From NCBI GenBank assembly GCA_030295235.1, contig AP026134.1, positions 248,001 to 312,000 on the forward strand: a stretch of 64,000 bases of DNA. Reading direction: 5' to 3'. The stretch is from Fistulifera solaris. Its lineage: Eukaryota. Within the stretch, counting starts at the first letter, position 1; every line of letters begins with the position of its first letter. Position numbers and translations under genes: made by a program. Shown here piece by piece: positions 23,776 through 37,200 of this stretch. The notes beneath the pieces are model-generated. The model had not been told where the DNA came from. It did not search any database and saw only the letters and a program-made list of their open reading frames with translations.

Positions 23776-24172
23776 GATTGATAGGGAGAGAGTAGAAAAC
23801 AACTGATGGCTTGTCAACAATTAAAACACATGAATAACACCATCGCGCAATGTAAAAAAAGCCATGAGGTTGCGAGCGAGATCGCCAGCATTTAGGCGCC
23901 ACGGTACCAATCGCTGTACGACATTCTATTGGACAAAGACGAAAACCGAGTGACCTTCGCTAAATCAAAAAAGTAGTAATAATAAGACCTGACAATGTAT
24001 TTCAAAGGAATAAAACAAAGTAGTAACTTTGTAAATGATTCGAAAGTTGGAAGTCGAAACGAGACACATTTCCCTATTGATCTACACGGAAGTCATAATA
24101 GTCATCATTGCGTAAATCTCAATGATCGTTAACCCAGGAGTTTTATGCTCCTACTCTTATGTAGCTAGAACA

Positions 24173-25717
24173 CTAGTTTTCGAAATCGCGGGTACTCAAC
24201 ACAACCGTACTGTGCTGACCACCACCACCAAAATCGAGAATCTTTTTCGAAGAGCGCAGATTCAATTTCGTGGGACGCAACAAATCTCCACCTTTTTCTC
24301 CATTCGCAGCACGGTGATGTCCCGTGGCACCCGACGTATTGAATCCCCACGTGTAGAGCGTATTGTTCGCATCGAGGGCCATGCCGTGCGATCCGCCGGC
24401 GGCAACCTTCATGAGCAACACTGGTTCTGGGAACGCGACGGGTTGCCATCCAAATTGGGGTGATTTCGAATGACCCAAACCGAGTTGTGCGTACGAATTC
24501 TGTCCACAGGCATACATCAGATGACCGCCCTCATCAACAATGTATGAATGATACGGACCGGCGGCTACGAGTCCCACATGTTCCCGCACGAGCGTCAATT
24601 CGTGCACCGACTCGATTTCTTGAGGCAATCCCAATTGCCCCGACGAATTCTGACCACTGCTGTACAGTGTCGGAATCCCTCCCCCGCGATTGCGTGCAAT
24701 CACCAACAAATGATTGGATCCACACGCCAGCGAAAGCACTTCTTTGCGGGAAACGGCACCGGTCCCGCAAATCGCGCCGGGGCCGGTGTCAAAAAGTGTT
24801 GCAGAACTTGTGCCTCGGTCATAGCCTGGAGCGCCTCGGTCAGATTGAATTCACCATTCGCTTCGGGGGCCGCAATATCTCGACTGCGTGCGAGTTCACC
24901 TTTTTCTCCGAAACCTGTTGTTGCCTTGTGAGCCCTGCATTATAAAACAACCAATGAAGCATCAATGGTACGTACCAAACGTCACCACACTACCGTCTTG
25001 CAAGACCGCCGCGGCAAAATTGGAAGCATTACCCGTTTCTATACGCAATACTTTTTGATTTCCGGGCATCCGAATAGGAACCGGTGTCGCGTTACTGCCC
25101 CGACACGATCGTCCCTCCGCTGGATAATGATACTTCTCATCGATAGAAGATCGGATCATGCCACACATCAAGACTTGGCCCTGTGTATTGAGAAACAATG
25201 TCTGCGAATCTCCCGTCTTGACTTGCAGTATGTTGCGCAGGTTCGGGACGAGTTGGGGCATGATGTCGTCGGTCGATGTAGCGGAATATCCCAAGGCACC
25301 TTCATCCGCGACACCCCAAACGTAGACATCTCCATCGACCGTCAACGCCGCCGTATGCAATCCTCCGAGACTGACCGATCGTACTCGATCAACGTTCGGT
25401 AATACTGTAGGTGTGATCGTATCCAGATACTCGTCAATCATGGGCAAGCCCAACAAATTGTTGTCATTGTCTCCAAAAACGAGGAGCGTGCCGTGTTCGG
25501 TAGCGTACAAGTCATTGCACCGGGCAATTTCTTGCTGTATCTGTATCGTGACTTGTTCGATTTGATTCGGTGTTTGACACGATTCCCAGACGGATTGATT
25601 GAGACGAAACAGTTCGTTCACTTCCAAGGCTCGCCATTGTTGCAGTTTCTTGGAAAAGCTTCCCGGTGGGGTGTCTTGTTGTTCGATGGCGTCGTCTTCT
25701 TCGCGGGTGCGTTTCAT
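24173..25717 (-). CDS. RCC1-repeat beta-propeller protein
   Basis: SLGGLHTAALTVDGDVYVWG, ACGSNH, GQNSSGQLG and AAGGSHGMALD repeats; one intron ~24938-24974. Confidence 0.85.
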
Positions 25718-26812
25718 TTGTTTCCTTCCGCAAATCGGTTCGTTGATTTGATCAAAGCAATCAAAGGGGTTGTAAGCTGTGAAAGAACGCGCAAGGTCTT
25801 TTTGTATTTGTAAAGACGCCTTGCTTCAAAAAAAAAAAACTGTGTGATCGTGGTGGCCCGCCGCTGCTTGTGGCGAACAATATCTCGTACTACGTACCAA
25901 GTACCCGGTACGGTATGGTACCCGGTACCGGTACCGTACCGGCATCTCGTGGTCCGAGAGTAACAGCCCATTATCGTACCACCACTACCACTACTGCTTG
26001 TTAGTGTGTCTGAGACGCGGACGGATGTGCGTCGCAAGATGACGCATGACTGAATTACAGTCAGTCGCGGCGAAAGGTCGCCTACATTTGGGATCTATAG
26101 TAACGAGTATTTTCACTACTATGGATTACAAATCCAAAAATAGACCGACATTATTAGAATTGAGGCAAGCATTGCAATAACCTCTAAAAATATCTGCATA
26201 TTGCTTGAAGGAAGTGAAAAACTGCGGAACGAACAAAGGTTAGGTAGCAGTCCTGCTAGTGACAGCACCATCACATGGGCCTGTAGTAAGTTCGAGAGAC
26301 AACGATACGGAAGATTTTTCGAGATTCAAATCATTGACGCGAGCTCTGCAAAAGCTTAAAATCATGAATTTTTAAAAGCCGACTATAGTTCAACACGCTC
26401 GTTAAAAACGAGCGAAGGTTGGGTAGCATTGTGGCGAAATCGATTCAGGACTGAATTTCAGTCCTGTCCAAAAACGGACAACACATTGGCCTATAGTAAG
26501 TTTGGAAGAGAACGATCGCCAAATCGTAAAAAAGATCATCCAAGATTGCATTTTAGCATGTGCAGCGGAAAGGTATTGCATCGTGTCAAACGACCAATGT
26601 GGCTTATGAATTGAGCAAGCAGCATTATCGCGATTGAGGTAGCAGTTTTGCTCGTCATCATGAGACAGGCAATTCAGTAAATGGTGGGGAACTCCAGCGC
26701 ACACTTCGAGCTATAGTAAAGTTGTCGAGGTTGCTTTTTTTCTTAGCGTTTGACATTTCGTTTTTCAATAATCATCATGTTCATCTTTGTTACATCCTAA
26801 ACAATAGAGAAT

Positions 26813-28625
26813 ATGCCTCGATGCTGGCTGGGCTGTTTCCTTTACGCCGCCGTCGCCTTGGGTCTTCACGTCGTGCCCTTGATTCCGCATCATCGCTTGG
26901 TCGAACGGCGACGGCACGAACGACGACAATTGATTGATGATTTGCAAATTGACCCGTTATATCAAGGCATCGGTGTACGTTCCCCCTTCGTTGGCAAAAA
27001 TGATTTCATCACCATGCTGTCGCACTCACTTTTCTTTTCTTTTCAATAACATAGACCCATTATGTTGATTTATGGATCGGATGTCCACCCCAACGACAAA
27101 CGGTGATTGTCGATACCGGATCGGCCGACACGGCCTTTCCCTGTTATGGTTGTGAGGAATGCGGAGCAGCCGTTCCGCATTCCTCCAATCCTCATCCCGA
27201 ACATCACAATCACATTGATTCCGTGTATCGACAAAATGAATCGTCTTGTTTTCAATATTTACTGTGTTCCGAAAGCGAACCCTGTCCCGATGAAAGTGTT
27301 TGTTCATTATTGCGGGAGGACAATGAAAATCCTTTTGATTTGCCCGAAAGTAGTTTGCATCCCCCTTTCTCAATAGTAGCTTGGCCGATCGCGTCTGTCA
27401 CATGGGTATGGCGTATATGGAAGGGAGTTCGTGGATTGCACTGCAAAGCATCGATCGGGCGTATACGGGTGGATCTCATTTCGCCGTCGATTCTACGGAA
27501 GCCGAACACGCGCGTTTTTCCCTCACATTTGGTTGTCAAACTGCAGTCGAAGGATTGTTTGCAACACAATTGGCCGATGGTATCTTGGGTATGATGAAGA
27601 GTCCTCGTTCGTATTGGTGGCAATTGTACAATGCCGGTATCATTCAAGAACAACAATTTTCGCTCTGTTTCACCACCAATCCTGTCATTACCTACGCTGG
27701 GACAGATGCGGGTGCCATGGTGTTGGGAGGTACCGATCCACGGTTGCATACGACACCGATGGTCTTTGCCGAAATGGTCGATGAGGATTCGTCCGATGCC
27801 ATGGAGCTTGTCTTGGAAAACATTCATTTGCGCCGGCCTGCGGGAGAAAGTATTGTTCCGACGCACGTAACTGATTGGTATACGTTACGTAACCTCACCA
27901 GGAAAATGAAGGGTGTCGTCGATAGTGGTGCCACCAGCACCCATTTGACGAATGAATTCTACGAGCCGTTCCGCGATGCCTTTTGGGCATTGACCGGTCT
28001 CGAATACGATACGCAGAAGACTTATTCGTTTGCAAGTCATGAACAAATGACCACATCACTGCCTACAGTGCTCTTTCAATTCCAAGCGTCCGCGCACAAT
28101 GAAGCAGACCCCAATTTTGATGGCTTCTCGAACAATGGGAAGAGTATTTTGGTAGCATTGCCGCCCAGTAGCTATATGAAATACTATCCCAATGAAGATG
28201 TTTATTCGCCCAAGATTTTCTTTCGTGATTTCGGTTTGTCGTTGGGGGCCAACTTCCTGTCGGGCAAGGATGTCTTGTTTGATGTCGAACATAAACGCAT
28301 TGGGTTTGCAGAAAGTTCGTGCGATTACTTATCGCTCCATGATCCACGGTTCAATCACAGTGAAGCGGCATGGGAAGCCCAGCAGCCGACTTATTCCAAT
28401 CCAGACGCTACCGGTCCCAATGTTCCATTAGCAACTTTAGTGGGACTCGTTGCGATAATAGCTAGCTTTGGCATACGTGTATTTTACAAAAAGACACGCA
28501 TGGTGGCCTTTCAACCGCTGCGTTTGCAAGAGGTCGAGAGTTTCGAGTCGTACAGTGACGACGACGTATTTGAAACCGAAATGGTACTAACCTCTTTGGA
28601 AAGAACTGACAGTAATATAAGGTAA
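26813..28625 (+). CDS. Pepsin-family aspartic protease (A1) with signal peptide and C-terminal TM
   Basis: IVDTGS, DGILG, VDSGAT and LGANFL..DVLFD....RIGFA motifs; intron after YQGIG. Confidence 0.88.
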
Positions 28626-28759
28626 TAGCAAAGTATTGCAGAAATCGAATACTACTAAGTTTTATCTTGAGTGAAATATCAAGCTTGCTGTTATTTTTCG
28701 TATGCATAAACAAGTGAAGGCTGCAGTGATATGCATGTACTATATAAGTTTCCGACTCG

Positions 28760-30166
28760 CTACAATTCGTCCTTCTCGGTCGATGGAGAATCATTCGGTG
28801 AACTGCCTTTTTCTTCGGGAACCGACAATAGATACACTCCCACATAATCATTTTGCAAGGACCCCATGTACAATCGATCTTGCAAGACTGTGGCACTGGT
28901 CAAACCCGAAATGTCTTTGCCCGACGGATCTTGTACATAATGGTGTTCTCCCGACACCGGATCGACCACTAAAATCCCAGTATACCGCGATGGCAAGGTG
29001 GGCAACCACGCCCGCGGTAATATCATGAGAGTGGTCCGCAAAACGTTTTGCAACATGTATGGCAAGGCCTTCCACGCCACGTGTATTGCCGCCACGTCCG
29101 CCACAATCGCCACATAGCATGTCGTTTTTGTGGAATCACTGACACAATTCACATTGTCGGGATATCCCGGCAAAGCAGCCACCAACACTTCGGGCTGCAA
29201 ATACTCTTCCGGTGTCAACAAGTCGACCGATGTCTTTATGGAAGTAGTTAAATGATATTTGAGAACAGCCAAACCAGACGATTCTGTGACAATCAAATAA
29301 TCTTCATTTACCGGATCTACCGCGACGCCATTCGCAAATTGCAAATTGTCCGCCAAAACCCGCGTGATGCCCGTTGTCGGATTGTATTCGCACAACCGTC
29401 CCGCTGCTTGGCCTCGTAATAAATCCAGTTTCGAGGCATACAATAGATCCCATTGGTCGTGATAACGATCCAGTGGAATGTCGGTACTGTCCGTAAAGTA
29501 AATCTTGTGGGTGACCGGACCCACCGTCACGGAATTGGCCAACCCGATCGGAGAAGTCACTTCCGTATAGTGCGTGTCGCGTTTTCTTAACTTTTTCAAG
29601 ACCGACACTTGATGGGTGACCAACTCCACCAACGAATGGGGTTGATCAAAATGCTTCAATTGTGTGATTCCCAACACGGCATCCGCCACATACTGAGTAT
29701 CACCGTGTACGTATCCACCGAGTGGACGACCGATGCCAAGATTCTTGCGAAGGACCAAAGTAGTCGCATTCCAGACCGTTGATGCCTCACCATTGGCTTG
29801 TAAGAATTCTTGCTCTTGTGCGGGTGTCGGTAAATTTGTGATTTCTATCAATTGTGCTGCTTCATTCAATCCAAACAGACGATTCCGCCACGTGAAAATC
29901 GTTTCGGAGCCCTGAAGACGAGGAGCTTGTAGTTTATACGTCCGACGGTGTCGGAATCGTAACGCATTTTGGTATTGTTGTACCATCCTCGATCGGGTCG
30001 TATACCATGGCGTTGAACGGGGCGGTAGTTCTCGCACCGGAGATCCGTACGGCAATAGAATCGGATGTAAGTGTTTGCCTACAAAATAGCCCATTGCCGC
30101 CATTATGATGATGGCGCGGAGTATTACGAGACGCGTCGAACCGGGCTGATAACGTGGGGATGCCAT
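28760..30166 (-). CDS. Strictosidine synthase-like / APMAP-like six-bladed propeller
   Basis: GRPLG, IYFTDST, GRLCEYNP, LQFANGVA, LPGYPDN and LYMGSL motifs; C-terminal KDEL. Confidence 0.88.
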   Translation of the reverse strand: MASPRYQPGSTRLVILRAIIIMAAMGYFVGKHLHPILLPYGSPVRELPPRSTPWYTTRSRMVQQYQNALRFRHRRTYKLQAPRLQGSETIFTWRNRLFGLNEAAQLIEITNLPTPAQEQEFLQANGEASTVWNATTLVLRKNLGIGRPLGGYVHGDTQYVADAVLGITQLKHFDQPHSLVELVTHQVSVLKKLRKRDTHYTEVTSPIGLANSVTVGPVTHKIYFTDSTDIPLDRYHDQWDLLYASKLDLLRGQAAGRLCEYNPTTGITRVLADNLQFANGVAVDPVNEDYLIVTESSGLAVLKYHLTTSIKTSVDLLTPEEYLQPEVLVAALPGYPDNVNCVSDSTKTTCYVAIVADVAAIHVAWKALPYMLQNVLRTTLMILPRAWLPTLPSRYTGILVVDPVSGEHHYVQDPSGKDISGLTSATVLQDRLYMGSLQNDYVGVYLLSVPEEKGSSPNDSPSTEKDEL

Positions 30167-30655
30167 GTATATAATATATGCTGTTGCGGTGTGAAATATA
30201 TAGCAAGGTAAAGTGTAGAAGGCTTTATTTACTTGTCATGAAATAAGACTACTGTATTTGGATTGTGAATGTGAAGAGCTCATCACAGCATCATTCTGTA
30301 TCATCGGTGCTTGTCGTGAAGGAAAGATCCTTTCGAGTGACGTAATGATGACGTGTATGTATTCACGTGATTCGTTCGTTTGAGTCCCGTGGAACGGACA
30401 CGAACGGAAACAAGAATGCGAACTCCTCGGCCAAAGAACCACTCCTTTGCTAATAAAAGAACCGTGGGAGAATCCCTTCGCGGTCCCAAAGAAGAACCAC
30501 CTTCCAGTATGGATCAGTGTGTACATGGAGAAACGATGTCAACGCGGAATGGTGAAAAAAGATCTTTGACTTCACAAAAACACAATCCAAACAATCTGCA
30601 AAAATACAAACAAAACAAGCCAAACAAGCCAAACGTCTTACTCTTTCATCTCACC

Positions 30656-31258
30656 ATGAGAACTCTACTAGCACTACTACAACTACTACTACTATTCGTC
30701 GTGAGCACCACGGCCGACGAAGAATTAAATGTTCGGCAAACCGGATTGTCCGATTTTGTCGTGGATACCATTTCGCATCCGTGTCACGAAAATGGTGTCA
30801 TTCGTGGTTGGTGCGACGATGTTTTGCATGCTCACCTCCGATGTACCATTCATCCGTCTTTGAATATGTATACGTGTCAATGCAGTGGAGATCCTTCGGC
30901 GTGTCCCAGTGAATGCATTCAAGATGGGGAAATTGTCAAGAAGATGCCGTACGGCATTCAGTGTCAAGGCATTCCGGAAGATGAACCCAATTACATTTTG
31001 CGTTCCTCCACCACCGAATTGCCGTTGCATCACTGTGAAAACAATGCCCGGGTCGCCAATTGGTGCAATGAAAACAGTGGTGATGTCAATTGCTTGTTGT
31101 TGCCGGCCTTGGATGAATACGTCTGCAACTGTCACGGCAATACGAAAGCCTGTCCGCAAGATTGTGTCGGTGGATTGGAGCCCGATAAGAAAACGAAACA
31201 CGGGATTCGTTGCAAAGGAATTCCGTTGGATAATCCCAATTATGTCTTGACGCAGTAA
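30656..31258 (+). CDS. Secreted protein with two tandem 8-Cys domains
   Basis: Signal peptide MRTLLALLQLLLLFVVSTTA; internal duplication ending CxGIPxDxPNYxL. Confidence 0.75.
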   Translation: MRTLLALLQLLLLFVVSTTADEELNVRQTGLSDFVVDTISHPCHENGVIRGWCDDVLHAHLRCTIHPSLNMYTCQCSGDPSACPSECIQDGEIVKKMPYGIQCQGIPEDEPNYILRSSTTELPLHHCENNARVANWCNENSGDVNCLLLPALDEYVCNCHGNTKACPQDCVGGLEPDKKTKHGIRCKGIPLDNPNYVLTQ

Positions 31259-31514
31259 TTTTCTAAAATCATGTAGAGAGAACTTTTTCTTTATTGTTTG
31301 ACATGAGATGATGATTCATTCCTTAGGAGCACACGATCAAAGCTATAATTTATGGAGTTCTGCTATCCATTTTTATTTCCTTCAGCACAATCTTCTATTC
31401 GTTAGTGTGTTTTGGTCGATTCCCTACTCCAGATACCTCAACATAGGTACGAAAGCTTTTTTTCCTGACGATGATTCGTATTCAATGTGTTAAAACCATT
31501 ATTACCTGCCTCAC

Positions 31515-33096
31515 TCAAGGTGAAAACATGTTCATCAGTTCATCGGAAGCACTACTACTCTTTTGAGACGACTTGGTTGGACACGCCCTTTCTTCCCGCA
31601 CTTGTTTCGCCGCAAAGTTCCAATGATTAATGACATTTTGAGCCTGACGTCCCCACACATCGAGACCACGGGGGTGATGAAAGGCACTTTCGGTCAAACT
31701 CGAAATACAACTGACCGTGTCTTCCTGTGCACGGACTTGCATGGGAGTTCCGTCCGGAAAGTATCCTACCGACTCTTCTTCTTCTTCTTCTTCTTCTTCT
31801 TCGGGTTCTTCTTCTGGTTCGGCAATGGTCTGCCGAAAAATCATGGATGCGGCAATGGCGGAAGCGGGAAGACCCTTTATGCAATTCGTTTGTTCGTTAA
31901 TGACAATTTCATTCACCGGTTGAGCGTCCTTCAACACGGGGAAGCCAATTTCACTGAAGGGTTCTTCCATAAAAAATGATGCCGATTCGAATTGGATCTT
32001 CTTCACGTCCGGAACGTCGCGAACGTCCAAATGCCGACTTTCTGGAAAAGCGTCGTCTCCAAATTCCTCTTCCCAGTGCTGATCGAAACTCTGTTGCGAT
32101 GCAACCCGCGGCGACGGATCTCGCGTTCCCACTTGTTTCGGTTTTCGACATTCCAGATCCCAGGAAGATGATTTCTTGGGCCTTATAATCGATTCAATCA
32201 AGGAACTATTGCCCTGGGAACTCGTCTCGGGGAGCGAAACATTCGCTCCGATCCACCTTGTTCCCAAAAGATCTCCACTGCTGTGAGACGAAATGGCGTC
32301 AATTTTGAAGGGATCCTCCAAGGCATGGACCTTCTTGCTGCCGACAGCGATCGTGTCTTCGGTGTATGTTAGGGGTACTCCATCGTCAAAGCCCGTAATG
32401 GTGGCGTTGGTCAGAGATACTACCGATCGAGAAGGTGAAACGACCGAGTTGTCGGGTAATTCGGCATTCTGTTTGGCCATATTTTCGAAGGATAATGTAG
32501 GAAACTCCAAACTCGCCTTTTTTCTTTTTGGTGGATGTTTTAGTATAATTTTGCAGAGATTGCTTTGTTTCTTCCACCTTGACTGGTTCACCAAACATGG
32601 CCAACTCTTCGATGCGCTGAAAGTCCGGATCAAACGCGAATTGCACAAAACTGCTACTGCTGCGTCGATCACTTTCGATGGACGGTGAACATGCCCGCTG
32701 CACTTCTTCGATGGACACCGATGGCTCCAACGCCGCAATACGAAACGCGGGAGGCTGGTATTCGTGTGAGGCCGTCGAAGAGGCGTCGGTACTGTGGGTC
32801 CCGGTGAGAGTGATCGCTTTGTTCGACGGAAAGAGGTGTGCCGGTGGCGGTTGGTATGCGTTACTGGGTGAGTCGCAGTCGATTTCGTCATGAAATTTGC
32901 GAAAGACGGGTTTACTGCGCTGGAAAAAGTTTCGTTTCAATCGTTTCATTGTGGAAGTGGGTGGGACGGAGGATGAAGTAGAAGAAGCTTCTTCGCTATC
33001 GACCAGCTGTATCATTTGCCAGGCCGCTTGACGCTTGGCCAGCATCATCTCTCGATCACCTTTGCGTGATGCAAAGAGTCCCATTAGGTCCTTCAT
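31515..33096 (-). CDS. Hypothetical low-complexity protein (frameshifted between two ORFs)
   Basis: Overlapping ORFs 32386-33096 and 31515-32891 read as one protein with a shift near the T-run ~32520. Confidence 0.55.
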
Positions 33097-33521
33097 TTTG
33101 CGTTAGTTGATTTGTTTTTGTTGTGTTACACGACGACGAGATGTGTTGCAGAAATGTTGCGAATTAGAGGTGGTTTTCTTCGATCGCTTTTGCTTCTGTT
33201 TGTGGAAAAAGTGAGAACTCGATCGCTGGTTAATGAAAGCGTTTGGTACTATGGTTACTTCCTTAATTACTTTTATAGGAGAGTTTCTACTTAAAGACTC
33301 TATTCGATACATAAAATGTCATCGCTTAAACAATGCAATTATATAGGAGATAAGACGTTTTAGAAGCGCCTGGCTAACCTCTTCTTGATGAAGGAATTTT
33401 TGGCGTCCGTCCGCTCATCATCGACGTCGTGAATTTTGCGCCTTTCTTCGACGTTCCTTTCAAACCCATACCCTCATTTTGCAGCAATGCTAATTATAGG
33501 TTTTTGGAATAATAAAACAGA

Positions 33522-34505
33522 ATGAATACTTCTCATGTCTTTCGTTCGCATTTGATGCAACAATTCATGGCGGCGGCACGAACCCAATCACGTCCCCCGC
33601 TCGCACTACTCGGTGTTACTTCCGAGGAATCATCATCAACAACAACATCGGAACGCAACACAAATCAACACAATACTCATCAACGAGATGTTTCATCGAC
33701 ACGACGAACGTATACAGGACGACTATCGGAGTCAGAAAGTCGGGCACTTTCTTCTTTTGCGTCCATGATGTCATCGTCGTCGTCGTCGGAACATCGCATG
33801 TTTACATCTGCCTCGTTGTCGAGCGATCATCTTTCCGCAACATCAACGAGTTTGGACTTTCAGAACATTTTAAAAGCACGCAAAACCACCAGTCGCTTCG
33901 CTCTCGACACACGTGATGTCACGTTTTGGAAGGAAGCACTGGATCGTGCCGTGGCGTGCGGTTTGACGGCACCCAATCACAAACGCACGGAACCGTTTCG
34001 ATTCCGGCGGCTCTTGGCACCTTCGGAATCGACGCAACGTTTGGCCGAGATTGCCTTTCAGGTCAGTTTACGCCACAAAAAATCCATCGAAGAAGCCGAA
34101 CGGAAACGACACAAATGGCAACAAATACCGGCCTTTCTCGTGACTTTGGTCGATCAGGGTGGCGACTCCTCCATGGTAATAATACCCGAAAACAAGGATC
34201 TGTACGAACCTCTCCCGTACGTGGCACCGGCTTCAGAATTGGCGTTGGAAGATTATGCGGCAGCGTGTGCAGCGGTACAGAATGTACTGTTGAGTTTGCA
34301 TGCCGAAGGCATTGCTTCCAAGTGGGCGACGGGTCCCGTCATTCAAACGCCCGCCTTTCGTCACCTCGTGCAAGCCCGGCCACATGATCGTGTCGTAGGA
34401 ATTATCATGGTAGGTATGCCGCATACATCAATTCCTGTTGATCAAGGACCGAGGAGACGTCGTCGTCGTCGTCGTGCGATGGAAGAGATTTTGCAAGATT
34501 TGTAA
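33522..34505 (+). CDS. Nitroreductase-family protein
   Basis: ILKARKTT, APNHKRTEPFRF, EDYAAACAAVQNVLLSLHAEGIASKWATG. Confidence 0.85.
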   Translation: MNTSHVFRSHLMQQFMAAARTQSRPPLALLGVTSEESSSTTTSERNTNQHNTHQRDVSSTRRTYTGRLSESESRALSSFASMMSSSSSSEHRMFTSASLSSDHLSATSTSLDFQNILKARKTTSRFALDTRDVTFWKEALDRAVACGLTAPNHKRTEPFRFRRLLAPSESTQRLAEIAFQVSLRHKKSIEEAERKRHKWQQIPAFLVTLVDQGGDSSMVIIPENKDLYEPLPYVAPASELALEDYAAACAAVQNVLLSLHAEGIASKWATGPVIQTPAFRHLVQARPHDRVVGIIMVGMPHTSIPVDQGPRRRRRRRRAMEEILQDL

Positions 34506-34572
34506 TTTACATAATATGGAACATTCTGTAGATACATATTTATATCGTACTGTATATTCCAACTCCTTTTTT

Positions 34573-35973
34573 TCATGCATCGCACGACATTGTCCGGCCC
34601 CCTTGATAATAATTGAAAAAACAAGACGCATTTTGTGACAACAACACCCCCAATCGACCATATCCACCACGGCCATGAGTGATGCATTGGGCCTGGGCCA
34701 TGATGTACAAATCGACAAACGTATCTATATACTCTTGTACCGGACGTGGTTCGGTTTGATCCAAATGAACGACAGTGGCTGGTGGGGCGACCCGCATCAT
34801 CGTGTCGGGATGGCTGTGCGTATAGACGAGAGCCGCCTGCAAGACATCGACGGAATCGGACAGCAAGACTACGGGTGTTTGGGGACGTAACGCACGGGCA
34901 CAGTGCCAAACATGCATCACCCAAGCCTCGTGGTTTGTCGTCTTGACAGGACGGTACAAGGCCCGCACATGTGCCGCCACGTACGGAGTCTTATCGGTCA
35001 GTCCCCAAACGGTTTGGCGTTCTTGGATCGCCTGGGCGAGAAACGGCGAAGGAACAAAGAGTGTGGACCAGATGGAACGGAAGTGGTGTCGAAAATGCCG
35101 TGGAAGGTTGCTATGAGGTGATGATGATGATGATGACGACGACGACGACAACAACAACAAGGATCGAATTTCGTCTCGCGTATAGCCCTGTTGACGATAG
35201 TTTTCAATCCGATTGTACCACGAGGAACCTCCGTGTTGATCTTGGAGTGTGACTTGTACGATCGACGCGTGAGGGTCACGCAATCCGGTCAACAAGTCGT
35301 TCACAGTGCGGTATACAGGTTCATGAGGAGTCGTCGTCGTCATCATCATCGTCCGACGAAATTCCTCGGGCACCCGCCAATCCAACACCGCCCCAGGTTG
35401 TAAGTAATATTCCAACGGTGCTGGTCGTTCCCAATGAATGTAAAAGATGCGGTCGTATAAAGCGGCCAATTGCAACAAGAGTGGAACCGATTTCAATCGA
35501 TCCGATACACCACCACAGACAGTATCACGGCGGCACGTCAAAACCAGGAAACGACAGTCGTCCATCGTTTCGTTATAGTAGAGTTTGATCCGTTGCTCGT
35601 GATGCCATTCGACATAGAATGTCAGCCACGACGGTACTGTGCCATTGAATAGTGAATAAGATGAGTTATTCTTTTGTAACGCAACGAGTCGTTCCGGTGG
35701 AGGAAGCTGGTAAGTTGCATTCCACCAATACGAAGATGATTCCGTCGATGGACGGTTGTTCCAGGGAGATGAGATTTCCCTCTTCTTCGGGTGTTGTAAA
35801 TACGACTGCTGCTGTTGCTGCTGTTGAAGAATGAAATGCGCTTTCTGATTCTTCTTATTACTCTGATGATTTGTCATCCATATTATGAGAAAGCCTTGCC
35901 AACTGATGCCAACGAGCACCAATGCATTCCAACAGCGGCTACGAAATCTCGCATGCTTTCTTCTAGTCGTCAT
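34573..35973 (-). CDS. Type II membrane protein, putative fucosyltransferase-like glycosyltransferase
   Basis: N-terminal TM; CGGVSDRL, AAHVR, LLSDS, FVDLYIMAQAQCI..GRGGYG. Confidence 0.6.
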   Translation of the reverse strand: MTTRRKHARFRSRCWNALVLVGISWQGFLIIWMTNHQSNKKNQKAHFILQQQQQQQSYLQHPKKREISSPWNNRPSTESSSYWWNATYQLPPPERLVALQKNNSSYSLFNGTVPSWLTFYVEWHHEQRIKLYYNETMDDCRFLVLTCRRDTVCGGVSDRLKSVPLLLQLAALYDRIFYIHWERPAPLEYYLQPGAVLDWRVPEEFRRTMMMTTTTPHEPVYRTVNDLLTGLRDPHASIVQVTLQDQHGGSSWYNRIENYRQQGYTRDEIRSLLLLSSSSSSSSSSPHSNLPRHFRHHFRSIWSTLFVPSPFLAQAIQERQTVWGLTDKTPYVAAHVRALYRPVKTTNHEAWVMHVWHCARALRPQTPVVLLSDSVDVLQAALVYTHSHPDTMMRVAPPATVVHLDQTEPRPVQEYIDTFVDLYIMAQAQCITHGRGGYGRLGVLLSQNASCFFNYYQGGRTMSCDA

Positions 35974-36633
35974 GGTGATAGTAAGGTCATTTTACGCTTA
36001 TCGATTTACAGTGAGCAAAGGCAGCTGAAAAAGAGCATTTTTGTAGATTGTCGTGCTCTCTCTCTCTCTATGGTTCTATGTTGTGCTTTGTTTTGTTTTT
36101 GGCTGGTAAATGATTTCTGTGGTGTTGTCGTGGTTTATCGTTTTGAAAAATCTCCTGGAAGGTGCGGGAAAAAGTGTACACTAACGTAGGCCCCCGTAGA
36201 GAAATGTACCAAGCAGAGGTGCGTTCCCGTGTCTCCCTGGTTTTCTGCTGAGTAATGCATAATAAAGGTGCATTGTGTGACTTATAGGCATTCCAGTCCC
36301 GGTAAAAACTAACTACACCATTACTTCAAAGGAGAGCCTTCTGGTACAATTGGTGCGTTCACAACGTTGTAACCCAACGAAATAATACTATGGTATGTAG
36401 TGTAGGCGACCTATGGTCGGCTTCCGTCGTCAACGGTCGACAGCGTTATCGCATCGGTACCCTGCCGGTGCAACAGTTCAACGGTCAATCTACCTACTAC
36501 AAGCTACAAGCCGCCAACAACAACAACAAATAATTATAAACCGACGCCCTTTTTGTTTGCATTGGAAATATCAGTTAAGGCAATCTCTATTCTGGAACAC
36601 CAAGTGAATGTTCCGTGAAGGCAACAAAAATAG

Positions 36634-37200
36634 ATGATGGATTGGGCCAGTATTCCGTTTCTGGGGGATATAGATGAAACAAGACTTGTCGACGACAGAA
36701 AACCATCACTGGACGATGATTCCTGGGATGTGACGACCCAAAATACTACACCCGAAACACTGGATTTGACGCCCCTCTCCTTGCAAGAAACGACTGTCTG
36801 TACATCATCATCATCATCATCATCATTGACACCGAAACGACTTTTTCCGAAAGCATCATCCACGATACCCAAAAGACGACCGTTCTCCACGACCTCTTCG
36901 CCCGTACTCCCGGCGACAATTCATTTGAGCAGTGATCACGGGACACGGATGTGTTCGCGTGCGAATTGGCGACAAAGTGAGGAAGTTTTGCGGGGCTCGC
37001 TGCGGCAGTATGAACCGTTTTCGAAGAGGAATCATCATCATCATCATCAGAATTATCGAACAACCGTTCCGGAACCCTTTGTGCTACAGACGGCCCTGCG
37101 TGCCGCTACTCCACCCTCTTCCTCCCAGAAGACACCACCGGAAAAAAGGTACGTGTTTCGGGCGAGACCTTTGCCGCGCTTTTATGGAACAACCCGATGA
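36634..37200 (+). CDS. Small protein with TPX2-like motifs
   Basis: TVPEPFVLQTALRA and FRARPLP. Confidence 0.5.
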   Translation: MMDWASIPFLGDIDETRLVDDRKPSLDDDSWDVTTQNTTPETLDLTPLSLQETTVCTSSSSSSSLTPKRLFPKASSTIPKRRPFSTTSSPVLPATIHLSSDHGTRMCSRANWRQSEEVLRGSLRQYEPFSKRNHHHHHQNYRTTVPEPFVLQTALRAATPPSSSQKTPPEKRYVFRARPLPRFYGTTR

